Part shown: positions 1 to 10,110 of the stretch, piece by piece
Layout of the letters: each line of letters opens with the position of its first letter
Position numbering within the stretch: the first letter of the stretch is position 1
From: Candidatus Micrarchaeota archaeon
GTDB lineage: Archaea > Micrarchaeota > Micrarchaeia > Anstonellales > Bilamarchaeaceae
Length of the DNA: 64,000 nt
Reading direction: 5' to 3'
Assembly: GCA_043821365.1 (NCBI GenBank)
Contig: JBDRCX010000006.1
Span: 512,001-576,000, forward strand
The notes under the pieces: generated by a model
What the model was told of the DNA's origin: nothing
Database searches by the model: none
The model's input: only the letters and a program-made list of their open reading frames with translations
Made by a program: the position numbers and the translations under genes

Positions 1-312
1 CTTCTTTTGTGTGTCCATCACAACACTTCGGAGTTTTTCTTCTTGTTTTGCTATTGCATTCAACTTAACTCCAACAAGTTCATCTCTTTCTTTAAGATCT
101 TTTTCTGCATGTTCTTTTGTTGTATGGACTAAAATAGAACCAACAGAATGGTAAACGTCACCTTTTGATTTCTTTAGTTCTTCCAATGCATGTTTTATCT
201 CATTTAACTGCATCTGAAGTTGGTGTTTTTGGATTAGTAAAACTTCTAGTTGTTTTTCCATATTTTCATATTCTACAAGTTCTCTATTCAGATCATCTGC
301 ATTTTCTTTCAT
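1..312 (-). CDS. pfdB: Prefoldin beta subunit (3' end runs off the window)
   Basis: Not in the ORF track. I translated MKENADDLNRELVEYEKYGKTTRSLLIQKHQLQMQLNEIKHALEELKKSKGDVYHSVGSILV.... GAGGTG SD lies upstream; coiled-coil plus VYxSVGxILV beta-hairpin; canonical position after pcc1. Confidence 0.9.
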   Translation of the reverse strand, partial: MKENADDLNRELVEYENMEKQLEVLLIQKHQLQMQLNEIKHALEELKKSKGDVYHSVGSILVHTTKEHAEKDLKERDELVGVKLNAIAKQEEKLRSVVMDTQKK

Positions 313-323
313 TTTTGCGCACC

Positions 324-587
324 TCATATTGATTGAAATATTTGCAATGCCCTAAGAAAGGCATTTGCTGTTGCCCTTAGAGCAACAACATCATTAGCAT
401 CTATGTCAATTGTTAATACACTTCCTTTTTTAGTTATTTTTGTTTTTGAGCGATTTCCAATCTCTCCCTCATGCAAAATTGCTTTTTCAGCTGCATTTGC
501 AGTATTTTCATCAGGAAACTCGAAAGTCATCGAGCATTTTGATCTAATGCCTATCACTCCGTTTGAAATTTTGCATTCCATTTCCAT
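324..587 (-). CDS. pcc1: KEOPS complex subunit Pcc1 (true start may be internal)
   Basis: C-terminal LTIDIDANDVVALRATANAFLRAL motif; sits between Brix and prefoldin beta. Confidence 0.8.
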   Translation of the reverse strand: MEMECKISNGVIGIRSKCSMTFEFPDENTANAAEKAILHEGEIGNRSKTKITKKGSVLTIDIDANDVVALRATANAFLRALQIFQSI

Positions 588-805
588 CTTCCAAGTTCAT
601 CGATTTCTATTGTTACTGGTCCATTACCATCAACAACATTTATCTTCTCTTCACCCTTTCTTCTGGCAAATGCAACAAGTTGTTCAATTGTTTTTTTCCC
701 TCTTGCAACATAAAGTTCGTTGTTTTCCTTTGCTAGTTTCTTTGCAATTTCTCTTGTTTCTATTGATGCATATCTGCTTGTGGTATACATATAGTACCTT
801 GCCAA
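554..805 (-). CDS. Short Brix-domain (ribosome biogenesis) protein
   Basis: N-terminal YTTSRYAS..TR and ARGKKTIEQL match the Brix N-terminus; syntenic position; only 83 aa. Confidence 0.65.
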   Translation of the reverse strand: MARYYMYTTSRYASIETREIAKKLAKENNELYVARGKKTIEQLVAFARRKGEEKINVVDGNGPVTIEIDELGRWKWNAKFQTE

Positions 806-829
806 TCAAGAAAGTAAGACTTCCTTGGT

Positions 830-961
830 TTAATCAGTATTGACTTCTTTTGCTATTGGTGGGCGTGCCTTTAGTAAAATTTTTGCTCCACTTGTTGGAA
901 ATGCAAATTTTTCACCAGTAGAAACACTAACCCCACTTTTTTGATCTTTGTATTCTCCCAT
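830..961 (-). CDS. rpo12: RNA polymerase subunit Rpo12 (RpoP), lacking zinc-ribbon cysteines
   Basis: 43 aa from ATG at 961 with GGTGA SD: MGEYKDQKSGVSVSTGEKFAFPTSGAKILLKARPPIAKEVNTD. C-terminal G.KILLK.RP..K.V signature; canonical position right after rpl37ae. Confidence 0.8.
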   Translation of the reverse strand: MGEYKDQKSGVSVSTGEKFAFPTSGAKILLKARPPIAKEVNTD

Positions 962-1080
962 AAGAATTTCACCTTCATTTTTCTCTCTGAAATTTTTATA
1001 ATTGAACGGAACGCCGTCCAATCCCATGAAAATTTCCTCCTCATATGATTATGTTAAATTTTCAATCAAACTTCCTGCGA

Positions 1081-1317
1081 TTATGCTGCTTTTGAATATT
1101 CAGCAACAATACGTGCAGCAATTTCTCCAGCTTCGCTTTTGAATGAATAAGCTCCACCAGCAAATACAGCATCGCATGATTTACATACCCACAATGCATT
1201 ACTTTTTCTTGTTACTCTGAGCTTGTGACATTTTGGGCACTCGTACTTGGTACGTTTTGCCTTTATTGCTTTATTGAACAATTTTCTATTTGAAGCGCCA
1301 AATCTTGCGGTATCCAT
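1081..1317 (-). CDS. rpl37ae: 50S ribosomal protein L37Ae
   Basis: RFGA..R, CPKC...WVCKSC...FAGGAY. Confidence 0.97.
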   Translation of the reverse strand: MDTARFGASNRKLFNKAIKAKRTKYECPKCHKLRVTRKSNALWVCKSCDAVFAGGAYSFKSEAGEIAARIVAEYSKAA

Positions 1318-1345
1318 TTTCTCTCCTCCTTTTTGTATATAAAAA

Positions 1346-2137
1346 CTAACTTTTGAGGATTTTTCTTATGTCGTCTCCTCTTTTAAAAGCTATCTCCATA
1401 GCTTCGACGAGTTCCTCTTTAGTTATTGCACCCTTTCCTTTTTGCATAGCACAAACGTGCTCTTCTGTTGTTCCTATAGTCAATTCAGTTTCAAGAACCC
1501 GTTCCTCATCTCTTGTTGGATCAACAAGCCAGTTGTTCCCTACTTTAACCATGGTTGTTGTAATTGGAAGCTTTGATGGTGCAAGTGGTTTTGAATATTC
1601 CCCTCTTACTAAAGCACCATCTTCTATCTTTGGTATTTTTGTGTCTAAAAGAGCAGCAGTTGCAGCTAATGTTGCAGCGTCTGTATAATTCCCTGCATGG
1701 TTCATAACATATATGTCCATGTAAAGTCCAAGAACTTTATCTGTTTCTATGAAAAATGAATCAAGGTCAACACATTCTGCACTTCTAATTGCCCTATCAA
1801 CAACTCTTGCAACTTCTACTGAATGTTCATTTGGAGGACCAGTTTCAAAGGTTGGTGATGCAGTTGGTAAAAGTTCTGCATTTGACATCATCACTCCCTG
1901 GGTTGGTCTATCTGCAAATGGTTTAACAACATCAAATTTATTTGCTACAAGGACTACTGTTTGCCCTATCTTTGCTATTGCAGATCCTTCTGCTGTTTTT
2001 ATTACCCCTTGCTGGACTTCTATTGGTCGGTATTCATCAAACTTTCTACCGTCAAATCTAACTCCTTTTTCAAGTGTATTGTTTAGTACGTCTCTTCTTA
2101 CCTGAGCCATTATAACGTCTTTTGTTTCGTCTCCCAT
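1346..2137 (-). CDS. rrp42: Exosome complex component Rrp42
   Basis: RNase PH fold (RFDGRKFDEYRPI, GSAIAKIGQT, GPPNEHSVEVARVVDRAIR). Confidence 0.96.
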   Translation of the reverse strand: MGDETKDVIMAQVRRDVLNNTLEKGVRFDGRKFDEYRPIEVQQGVIKTAEGSAIAKIGQTVVLVANKFDVVKPFADRPTQGVMMSNAELLPTASPTFETGPPNEHSVEVARVVDRAIRSAECVDLDSFFIETDKVLGLYMDIYVMNHAGNYTDAATLAATAALLDTKIPKIEDGALVRGEYSKPLAPSKLPITTTMVKVGNNWLVDPTRDEERVLETELTIGTTEEHVCAMQKGKGAITKEELVEAMEIAFKRGDDIRKILKS

Positions 2138-2142
2138 GAATA

Positions 2143-2889
2143 TCACCACTTAACTGATTCATCTTCGCCTTTTTCGTAGAATTTCTTCAAGGCGTCTGAT
2201 TGGATTTTATTGATTTTTTCACAGCCTCTTTCAGCCATCTCAACCATATCAACAATTTCTTGCTTGGTCAACAAACCATCCATCTGTATTAGTAATATTT
2301 TTTTCTCCCTGTGTGATATTGCCATTGGCATATCAGATTGACCTAAATTGTCTTCTGCTTTATTTAGATCTAAAACAAGTTTATCTCCAGCCTTTCCAGC
2401 TGCAACTGATCCGATCATATCTTTCATAGGTATTCCTGCATTTGCAAGCGCAACTGTTGCTGCAGTTATGGAGGCAGTTCTTGTTCCTCCGTTAGCTTGG
2501 AGAACATCAATGTAAATTTCTATTTGTGTATTTGGAAATTTTTCTACAATTATAACATTCTCAAAAGCTTCTTTTATCACTTTAGAAAGTTCAGTGCTTC
2601 TTCTTGATGGTCCGCTTCTGCTGTGCTCTTCCAATGATGCAAATGGTGACATCATATATCTGCACTTTAAAATTGCATGATAAGGGCTTGCATAGTGTCT
2701 TGGTATACATTCTCGTGGACCATATACACCACACAATATCTTGTTTCCGCCCCATTCAATGTATGATGAACCATCTGCTTCTGGAATTATTCCAACTTCT
2801 ATGCGGATGTCTCTTAAATCTTCAAGATCTCTACCATCAACTCTTTTTCCATTTACAATTAGTGGTACTGTACTTTTACTATCAGACAT
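2143..2889 (-). CDS. rrp41: Exosome complex exonuclease Rrp41
   Basis: RVDGR..LR.I, DGSSYIEWG, GPSRRSTE, DVLQANGGTRTASI. Confidence 0.97.
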   Translation of the reverse strand: MSDSKSTVPLIVNGKRVDGRDLEDLRDIRIEVGIIPEADGSSYIEWGGNKILCGVYGPRECIPRHYASPYHAILKCRYMMSPFASLEEHSRSGPSRRSTELSKVIKEAFENVIIVEKFPNTQIEIYIDVLQANGGTRTASITAATVALANAGIPMKDMIGSVAAGKAGDKLVLDLNKAEDNLGQSDMPMAISHREKKILLIQMDGLLTKQEIVDMVEMAERGCEKINKIQSDALKKFYEKGEDESVKW

Positions 2890-3526
2890 ATTCTTCACCT
2901 TGTTCTGTGGATTGAGGTCTTTCGCCTTTTTCCAACTTTAACATATTTGCAACTTCGTCTGTTAATCCAGATTTGTGTGCTTTTCTTTCGATTAATTTTA
3001 TGGTCTTCAATAAAAGTGGCATGTCGCATTTTTCACTCATCCAAACATACCCATTATTTCCGACCATCATGTCTCCTCCTGAATAATCTTTCAGAAGGTT
3101 AAGCATGCTGCTTTTTCTCCCTATAAGCCTTGGAACTTTTGCCGAAGGAAAGTCTATTATCTTTCCCTTTGGTAATCTTCTGACTTCGCCAAGGTCAACA
3201 TCCCCAACTTCATTTACTGATTTTATTTTGCATATTACAAAATCTCCAAGTTGGAGTGTAAGTCTAATATCTCTTGTTGGAATGAAACCACCATCAGACA
3301 AATTTAAATCAACCTCATATCCAGCATGTCTTACGTCGGTTACCATACCGACAACAACATCGCCGACTGTTGGTTTATATCTGTTTTCAAGTGGTACATA
3401 TCTTCCTTCTTCATCCAGTATACCAATTACTGCCGCATATGTTGCAGCTCCATCAGAATAGGTATTCGGAGCAGTTATTCTGCCTTCAGCTATTCTTTCG
3501 CCTGGTAAAACAATTTTCTTTTCCAT
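2882..3526 (-). CDS. rrp4: Exosome RNA-binding cap protein Rrp4
   Basis: IVLPGE N-terminus, S1 domain (YKPTVGDVVVG), KH domain (KVPRLIGRKSSM, VGNNGYVW). Confidence 0.95.
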   Translation of the reverse strand: MEKKIVLPGERIAEGRITAPNTYSDGAATYAAVIGILDEEGRYVPLENRYKPTVGDVVVGMVTDVRHAGYEVDLNLSDGGFIPTRDIRLTLQLGDFVICKIKSVNEVGDVDLGEVRRLPKGKIIDFPSAKVPRLIGRKSSMLNLLKDYSGGDMMVGNNGYVWMSEKCDMPLLLKTIKLIERKAHKSGLTDEVANMLKLEKGERPQSTEQGEEYV

Positions 3527-3710
3527 TTTTCCCCTCTTAAAAGGAACCATCTAAACATGTTCCAGTTATGTTTGTCCTTCTCATAGACTACAACGAGTAC
3601 AAGAGTAAGAACATATTATATAGAATTTAGCACCTGCTATTTTCTCTATCAGCTCTAACTATGAAAGAAAAGATTTTTAAGGGCCACACAGACATTTTTT
3701 ATTCTAATAT

Positions 3711-4001
3711 GTGATATTATACTGGGTGTTTTTAATGAATGCATCATTCCTTCTTGAAGCTGTTTTTAAAGTTGGCACCCACACCATACTAACTGGCACT
3801 GTGAAAGAAGGGGTTCTAAAACCTGGTATGAAATTTGATCTCAATGGCAAATCGCTTATTATAGAAAAAATTGAAAGTATGGGAGTTCAACTTCATTCTG
3901 CACCAGCTGATTCTAAAGTGGGAATCTCATTCAAGAATTTATCTCCATCTGATCTCCCAGATCTTAAACTGCTTATCAAAAATAGGTTATTTTTCTCTTA
4001 A
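3711..4001 (+). CDS. Stand-alone EF-Tu/SelB domain II-like beta-barrel protein
   Basis: VFKVGTHTILTGTVKEGVLKPG...IE...A..KVGI resembles translation GTPase domain II. Confidence 0.65.
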   Translation: MILYWVFLMNASFLLEAVFKVGTHTILTGTVKEGVLKPGMKFDLNGKSLIIEKIESMGVQLHSAPADSKVGISFKNLSPSDLPDLKLLIKNRLFFS

Positions 4002-4047
4002 TTTTAAAAGTAAACATTGATTTATAAGCATCTTTTACCACATCTCT

Positions 4048-4386
4048 ATGATGAATTCAAGGAAAATGGTGAGTAGTGAAATAATTGGCAGTGCCACTGT
4101 TAAAATCAGATTTTCAAAATATCTTCTTTTTTCAACAACTCACCAGGCAATTTTGTTTAGATATAGTGCCAATGGCTACAATTCGACTGTATTTGCCATT
4201 GCAAAAGATAGAAAAGGTGATCGAGTTCTAGGTATAGTTAAGGATCAAAATCCAGTGGCAGGTGGTACGTATCATCTAGACATTACCCTTCCAAGCAAGT
4301 CTTATTTGGCAACTATGCTTTCAGTTTTCCGCCAATTGGTTCAGGATCCTCATTCCCCATTCCGTTCAAGAGAACCATTAGCCTAG
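4048..4386 (+). CDS. Hypothetical protein
   Basis: 112-aa ORF filling the gap; no recognisable motif. Confidence 0.45.
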   Translation: MMNSRKMVSSEIIGSATVKIRFSKYLLFSTTHQAILFRYSANGYNSTVFAIAKDRKGDRVLGIVKDQNPVAGGTYHLDITLPSKSYLATMLSVFRQLVQDPHSPFRSREPLA

Positions 4387-5082
4387 TAATTTTGTTTCAA
4401 CTTGTCCTGATGTTAATTTGTTTAATTTATCTAGAAATTCACCCTGAAGTCCCCCAAAAATCTCTACAACCACAATCAAATCTCCATTTTTCGTCCACTC
4501 CTCTTTTTCAATTCCGTAGTTTTTTAGAGTTCCATAACTTCTATGTGAAAATGAGGCAGGAACTTTAACTGCAATTTTAACTTTTTCAAATTTCATGGGC
4601 AAAACTGGACGAAGTGCTTTGACAACGTCTTCAAGCTGTTCTCTCGGGTCTTTGAAAGGATCAACATGTATCTTTACTTGATCAAGTGCATTCTCCACCC
4701 TTATCTGTGTGTGTGGTGTTTTTGTTCTTGGGTCAATTGCTTCTCTCAATAAGATTGCAATTATCTGTTTTCTTTTTTCCTCAACTTTCTTTTTTCGTTG
4801 TTCTGTTGTAAGTTGAACTTCACCATTCTTCATGACGAACTCCAAAATCTCCATAATGTCACTGGTACCAAATATCTTTTGAATATCAGAAGGTTTTGCT
4901 TTCTCTGCTTTTTTTGCATCTGAATAAATCTCTTCTGCAACAAGCATGTTTTTTACATCTGTTTTTTGTTTATCTAAATAAGCATATGCTGCATCAGGAT
5001 CAACGTACAATTCGAATCTTTTTCCCTCTTTTTCATAACTTGCTATTATAGCCCTATCCAAACTAACCATAAAATCAGCCAC
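4378..5082 (-). CDS. sdo1: Ribosome assembly factor SBDS/Sdo1
   Basis: KRFELYVDP, IYSDAKKAEKA, GEVQLTTEQR, DPRTKTPH...RVENAL. Confidence 0.96.
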   Translation of the reverse strand: MADFMVSLDRAIIASYEKEGKRFELYVDPDAAYAYLDKQKTDVKNMLVAEEIYSDAKKAEKAKPSDIQKIFGTSDIMEILEFVMKNGEVQLTTEQRKKKVEEKRKQIIAILLREAIDPRTKTPHTQIRVENALDQVKIHVDPFKDPREQLEDVVKALRPVLPMKFEKVKIAVKVPASFSHRSYGTLKNYGIEKEEWTKNGDLIVVVEIFGGLQGEFLDKLNKLTSGQVETKLLG

Positions 5083-5224
5083 TCTTAATTATTCTATAAA
5101 TATTATAATAATTTGGTCTTTCATTAAACATTCCGATAGTAACAATTCAAAAGGTTTATATATTTGCAAGCACCAGATATGAAAATCTAAGGCAGCAGTA
5201 TGAAATCTAATTAGAGGTGATATA

Positions 5225-6271
5225 TTGACGAATAAAGAGAGTGCTGTTAAGGTCAGCAAAGAAATGCTCTATGGCATTGTAATTGTATTCCTGACAGCTT
5301 TACTCGTAGTGTCAGTTATGACACAAGGATTTGGACTTAGTCCATCTGTTTCTAATAATCAAACACAAAGTGTGAAATTATCAGATGCAGAACTAAAGTC
5401 AAAGGCACAAAGCTACATTAATACTAATCTTCTTGCTTCTGATTATACATCTGAAGCAACTGGAATCAAACCATATGATAGCTATCTTAGTGAAGTCACT
5501 ATAAACATAAAACAAGGAACCACTGTTCTTGAAACAACAGAGGTTTATATCTCAAATGATGGTTCAACTATATTTGTTGGAAAATTGTTCCAACTAAATG
5601 CGAGTGTCCCAACAACAAACACTTCAACAACACAAACAAATGTTTCTCAAACGGCAAAACCAAAAGCACAAGTGTTTGTCATGGCATTCTGTCCGTATGG
5701 TTTGCAATTCCTAAAAGCATACATTCCAGTTATGGAACTTCTAGGAAATAGCTCAGATCTTGAAGTTAACTTTGTTGACTATGCAATGCATGGTAAAACT
5801 GAAGTTGATGGGAACAGCTACCTATATTGTGTCCAGAAAGAAGAAAAGACAAAGTTTACAAACTACCTGAGATGCTTTGTTGAAGAAGGGGATTATCAAG
5901 GTTGTGTTGCAACTGCTGGAATTGAACAGAGCAAGATTGATGTTTGTGTTGCTCAGCTTGATACACAGTATAATCTAACTGGGCTTTTCAATGACCAATC
6001 AACTTGGGTAAGTGGTTACTATCCACAGTATCCAGTTGAAGCTGCACTTAATACACAATATGGTGTGCAAGGGTCACCGACATTCATTCTAAATGGCCAG
6101 AAAGTAAGTGTGAGCAGAAGTGCTGAATCAATAAAACAAGCAGTTTGTAATGCATTTACACAAGCACCAGCAGAATGTTCAACAACGTTGAGAACTGCTA
6201 CTGAAGCACCAGGTCTTGGTTCAGTTGGTTCTGGAACAACATCAAGTCCATCTTCAGCTGAATGTGGTTAA
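5225..6271 (+). CDS. Membrane-anchored DsbA/thioredoxin-fold protein
   Basis: N-terminal TM helix; VMAFCPYG and YGVQGSPTFILNG motifs; multiple Cys. Confidence 0.75.
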   Translation: MTNKESAVKVSKEMLYGIVIVFLTALLVVSVMTQGFGLSPSVSNNQTQSVKLSDAELKSKAQSYINTNLLASDYTSEATGIKPYDSYLSEVTINIKQGTTVLETTEVYISNDGSTIFVGKLFQLNASVPTTNTSTTQTNVSQTAKPKAQVFVMAFCPYGLQFLKAYIPVMELLGNSSDLEVNFVDYAMHGKTEVDGNSYLYCVQKEEKTKFTNYLRCFVEEGDYQGCVATAGIEQSKIDVCVAQLDTQYNLTGLFNDQSTWVSGYYPQYPVEAALNTQYGVQGSPTFILNGQKVSVSRSAESIKQAVCNAFTQAPAECSTTLRTATEAPGLGSVGSGTTSSPSSAECG

Positions 6272-6282
6272 TTTTTTTATTT

Positions 6283-6807
6283 TTATTTTTTTAATTTAAA
6301 ACTAGCCAGAGTTATGTATTTTGGTCCTTCTGGAGACAAAATACTTTGGATTAATTCAAACTTTTCTGCAGTAAAAGTACCAAATTCTGTTTGTTCATTT
6401 TTTATAAGGAATTCTTTCAAATCAATTTTCTTTTTTACTCTTGCTATTGTTAAGTGTGCAGAAAATTTTCTGTCATTGCTACCATAATTAATTAAAGCAT
6501 CCTTAACCAGATCAGCAAGTTTTTCTATTCTATGCCCGCTTTCTATTCCAGTCCAAACTACTTTTATGTAACTTTCATTTGGGAATACGCCTACTCCAGA
6601 TACTTTACATTCAAATTTGTTGTATTCTATTTTTTCCAGGATTTTTTTTATCTGTTCTGCCTGCTCATTTTCACCTATGAATTTCAAGGTCAGATGCATG
6701 TTCTCTGGTTTTACATTCATTACTCCGTCTTGAGCTATATCATTTCCAAACAAAGCAACTTTTTTTCTTATGTCCTCAGGAACAGGGATGGCAACAAAAA
6801 GTCTCAT
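6283..6807 (-). CDS. thpR: RNA 2',3'-cyclic phosphodiesterase (2H family)
   Basis: MRLFVAI start; two HxT motifs (HLTL, HLTI). Confidence 0.93.
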   Translation of the reverse strand: MRLFVAIPVPEDIRKKVALFGNDIAQDGVMNVKPENMHLTLKFIGENEQAEQIKKILEKIEYNKFECKVSGVGVFPNESYIKVVWTGIESGHRIEKLADLVKDALINYGSNDRKFSAHLTIARVKKKIDLKEFLIKNEQTEFGTFTAEKFELIQSILSPEGPKYITLASFKLKK

Positions 6808-6840
6808 AATTTTAAATTGAACATAATACTTAACAATTAT

Positions 6841-8067
6841 ATGCTTGAACATGAAATTTATTCATCCATTTCAAATTCCACGAGCCTTGTTTTCAGTGGT
6901 GGTGAGCTTAAAACAAAGGAAATAGATTCATCCTCTGGGCATGGTGTTAGGGTACTCCATGATGAGAAGGTTGGTTTTTCATACTGTCAGAATGATTCTG
7001 ATATTAAAAAAACACTTGAAAAAGCAAAAACCGCATCAAAGTTTTCAGTGAAATCAAAATTTTCATTTGCACCAAAATCAAATTTTAATAATCTAAATAT
7101 TTTTGATAAATCAATCAATCCTCAAGATTTTAATGAATTGATGGAATTTGTTGATTGTGCAAGATCATCAGCAGAAACCCACGGTGGCAAATCACGTGTA
7201 ATTTGCTCCTCTGAAATCGAATCTGTTAAAATTGAAAATACAAACGATTTTTTTGGCGAGTATAAAAAATCAGTATTTTCTATTTATTCAGAATGTATGT
7301 ATGATGATGGTTTTGGTTTTGCCTATTCCTCATCTATAAATAAACCAAACTTACAAAAAGTTTCTGAAGTTGGAATGAAAGCAGCAAACATGGCAAAAAA
7401 CATGAGAGGAGCAAAGAAACCAGAGCCTGGAAACTATCTTCTAGTTGTCAATACAGAAGCACTTGATGGCATATTGGATCCTTTACTATCTTCATTTTCA
7501 GGTGATTGGAAAAGAAGGGGAATAACAAAAATATCAAAAACAAGAATGTTTTCTGATGTGCTTTCTATTTTTGAAGATGGAACCACATTAGCGCCCGAAG
7601 CCAGACCGTTTGATGATGAAGGGGTATGTTCAAGAAAAAATTCTCTTGTTGAAAATGGTGAAGTAAGATCATTTTTATATGATCGTGAAACTGCAGCATT
7701 GTCGAATGTTGATAATTCTGGGTTTTGCTCGCGTTCATCCTATTCATCCTCTCCTGGTATAGGCTCATCAACTATTATTGTTGATAAGGGGAAATGTAAG
7801 GATTTAGTGGAATTAGGTAAACATATTGAACTTATATCTGCCCATGGTTCTCACACAGCGAATCTCACCAGTGGAGACATTGGTCTTGAAGTCAGTAATG
7901 CATTTTTAGTTGGAAACGGAGAAAGAAAACCAATAAAAGGTTTTATGATCAGTACGAATTTATTCGATTTATTTGCCAATATCAAAGCAATCGAAGCAAA
8001 GCAAAATATTCATGGTTCTTTGATTGCACCGAGAATAGCATTTAAGGATGTGAAGGTCATTTCGTAA
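6841..8067 (+). CDS. TldD/PmbA family protein
   Basis: GVRVLHDEKVGFSY, RPFDDEG...LVENG...FLYD, HTANLTSGD. Start placed at ATG 6841, not the 6532 extension that overlaps thpR. Confidence 0.88.
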   Translation: MLEHEIYSSISNSTSLVFSGGELKTKEIDSSSGHGVRVLHDEKVGFSYCQNDSDIKKTLEKAKTASKFSVKSKFSFAPKSNFNNLNIFDKSINPQDFNELMEFVDCARSSAETHGGKSRVICSSEIESVKIENTNDFFGEYKKSVFSIYSECMYDDGFGFAYSSSINKPNLQKVSEVGMKAANMAKNMRGAKKPEPGNYLLVVNTEALDGILDPLLSSFSGDWKRRGITKISKTRMFSDVLSIFEDGTTLAPEARPFDDEGVCSRKNSLVENGEVRSFLYDRETAALSNVDNSGFCSRSSYSSSPGIGSSTIIVDKGKCKDLVELGKHIELISAHGSHTANLTSGDIGLEVSNAFLVGNGERKPIKGFMISTNLFDLFANIKAIEAKQNIHGSLIAPRIAFKDVKVIS

Positions 8068-8098
8068 AAATTGATTAAGCTTAAATATTTCATCTTAT

Positions 8099-10087
8099 TT
8101 GAATTATGCGATGAAATTCAAGAGTACGGCAGAAGTCACTGTCCCAGAAAAACTTATTGACCAAATAATTGGTCAGGTTAAAGCAGTTGACATAATAAAA
8201 AAAGCTGCAAAACAAAAACGAAATGTTCTACTTATCGGTCCACCTGGTACTGGGAAAAGTATGATGGCCCAGGCAATGGCAGAACTCATGCAAAAAGAAG
8301 AACTCGAGGATGTTCTTGTTTATCCTAATCTAAATAATGAGAACCAACCATTAGTTCGTGTATTGAAAACCTATCCAACACACGAATATTTATCTAAGAA
8401 TAAAGATTTGCTTAAATATTACACCCCGTTGGAATTAAGCAAAATAAAAAATATCACTGATAGGCCGCGTCTTGCAAAAATTCTCAGAGCTGGTCTTGGC
8501 AGAAGACTGGTTAATCATCAAAAACCAAAAGAAGAACAGAAAAATCCACCTTCATTACTTATTATCGGTATACTTGGTCTTATTCTTCTTGCAATAATGT
8601 TCAGTGATCAAGTTCCAGAAAATGCAAAAATGCTTATCACAATTGCTGTTCTTGGTCTTGGGCTTCTTTACATAGTATCAAATGCAACTGCAGGGTTAGG
8701 GAGACGTTTAATGGTGACTGAGCAGGTTGGTCCAAAACTTATCATAGATAATAGTGACCGTTCTACTGCACCTTTTGTTGATGGTACTAGTTCAAGAGCA
8801 GGTTCATTGCTAGGAGATATTAAACATGATCCGCTTCAAAGCGGTGGTCTTGGAACTCCGCCTCATCTTCGTGTTGAAGCTGGTGCAATACACCAATCCA
8901 ACAAGGGTGTTTTGTTTATTGATGAAATTGCAGCTATGAAAATAAATTGGCAACAGGAAATTCTAACTGCAATGCAAGAAAAAAAATATCCAATTACTGG
9001 CCAGAGTGAAATGAGTTCTGGTGCACTTGTAAAAACACAACCAGTGCCAACTGATTTTGTTCTTGTTGCATCTGGAAATCTTCCAGATATGGCAAATATA
9101 CATCCAGCATTGCGTTCAAGAATTCGTGGTGCAGGATATGAAGTTTATGTTGAAGATTCAATGGATGATAATAAGGAAAATGAAGAAGCCCTTATTTGTT
9201 TCATTGCCCAGGAAATAAAGAAAGACGGTAAGATTCCTCACTTTGCCATAGACGCTGCCATGGAAATAGTTGAAGAAGCAAGAAGAATGTCAGGAAGAAG
9301 GAAAAAATTTACACTTAATTTGCGTGAACTTGGCGGACTTGTACGTGCAGCAGGTGATATTGCAAGGGAAAAAGAACTTCAACTTGTAACAAAAGCAGAA
9401 GTAATGGAAGCAAAAAAATTATCCTCTTCTATAGAAAGTCAGCTTGGTGCAAAACTTATTGAACACAAAAAAGAATATCAGACAATTGTTACAAAAGGAA
9501 GTGAAATTGGCAGGGTAAATGGTCTTGCAGTTCTTGGTGATTCTCGTGCTGGTCTTGTCCTTCCAATTGTTGCAGAAGCAACTCCAGCAGCGTCAAAAAG
9601 CGAAGGAAAAGTTATTGCAACAGGAAAACTTGGAGTGATAGCAAAAGAAGCAGTTGATAATGTTTCTGCAATCTTCAAAAAATATATTGGAACTACAATT
9701 GCAAAAAAAGATCTTCACATACAGTTTCTACAAACCTATGAAGGTGTTGAGGGTGATAGCGCCTCCATATCAACAGCAGTTGCAGTTATTTCTGCTTTGG
9801 CAAGCATTCCAGTGGAACAATCTGTTGCCATGACTGGTTCCATTGATGTACGTGGGAGAGTGTTGCCAGTTGGAGGTATAACCTCAAAGATAGAAGCGGC
9901 AATAGAGGCAGGTATAAAGAAAATCCTCATTCCAAAAGCAAATGCACGAGACGTTTATGCAAAAGTAAGAAAGAGAGGCATAGAAATTGTTGAAGTTGAC
10001 AATATCACTCAAGTTCTCGAGCATGCTCTTTCAAACTGTGCAGCTAAGAAAAAACTACTTCAAAAAATCAAAAGACAATCTAATTAG
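8099..10087 (+). CDS. lonB: Archaeal membrane-bound ATP-dependent protease LonB
   Basis: Walker A GPPGTGKS, two TM helices in the AAA+ domain, LFIDEI, catalytic GDSAS and K ([10 protein letters not shown]); no intein. Confidence 0.97.
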   Translation: MNYAMKFKSTAEVTVPEKLIDQIIGQVKAVDIIKKAAKQKRNVLLIGPPGTGKSMMAQAMAELMQKEELEDVLVYPNLNNENQPLVRVLKTYPTHEYLSKNKDLLKYYTPLELSKIKNITDRPRLAKILRAGLGRRLVNHQKPKEEQKNPPSLLIIGILGLILLAIMFSDQVPENAKMLITIAVLGLGLLYIVSNATAGLGRRLMVTEQVGPKLIIDNSDRSTAPFVDGTSSRAGSLLGDIKHDPLQSGGLGTPPHLRVEAGAIHQSNKGVLFIDEIAAMKINWQQEILTAMQEKKYPITGQSEMSSGALVKTQPVPTDFVLVASGNLPDMANIHPALRSRIRGAGYEVYVEDSMDDNKENEEALICFIAQEIKKDGKIPHFAIDAAMEIVEEARRMSGRRKKFTLNLRELGGLVRAAGDIAREKELQLVTKAEVMEAKKLSSSIESQLGAKLIEHKKEYQTIVTKGSEIGRVNGLAVLGDSRAGLVLPIVAEATPAASKSEGKVIATGKLGVIAKEAVDNVSAIFKKYIGTTIAKKDLHIQFLQTYEGVEGDSASISTAVAVISALASIPVEQSVAMTGSIDVRGRVLPVGGITSKIEAAIEAGIKKILIPKANARDVYAKVRKRGIEIVEVDNITQVLEHALSNCAAKKKLLQKIKRQSN

Positions 10088-10110
10088 TTTATAGAACTGA
10101 AAGGAGATTA

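Noticed and set aside
962-1027. 5' extension of the 830..1027 ORF
   Set aside because: A GGTGA SD precedes ATG 961, and the 43-aa product matches Rpo12 size.
1353-3508. Plus-strand ORFs antisense to the exosome genes
   Set aside because: Fully explained as reverse-complement shadows of rrp42, rrp41 and rrp4.
6532-6840. 5' extension of the PmbA ORF
   Set aside because: Overlaps thpR on the opposite strand with non-protein-like composition; ATG 6841 fits the family length.
8099-10087. Intein in LonB
   Set aside because: Length and continuous motifs leave no room; no C/S...HN splice junctions.
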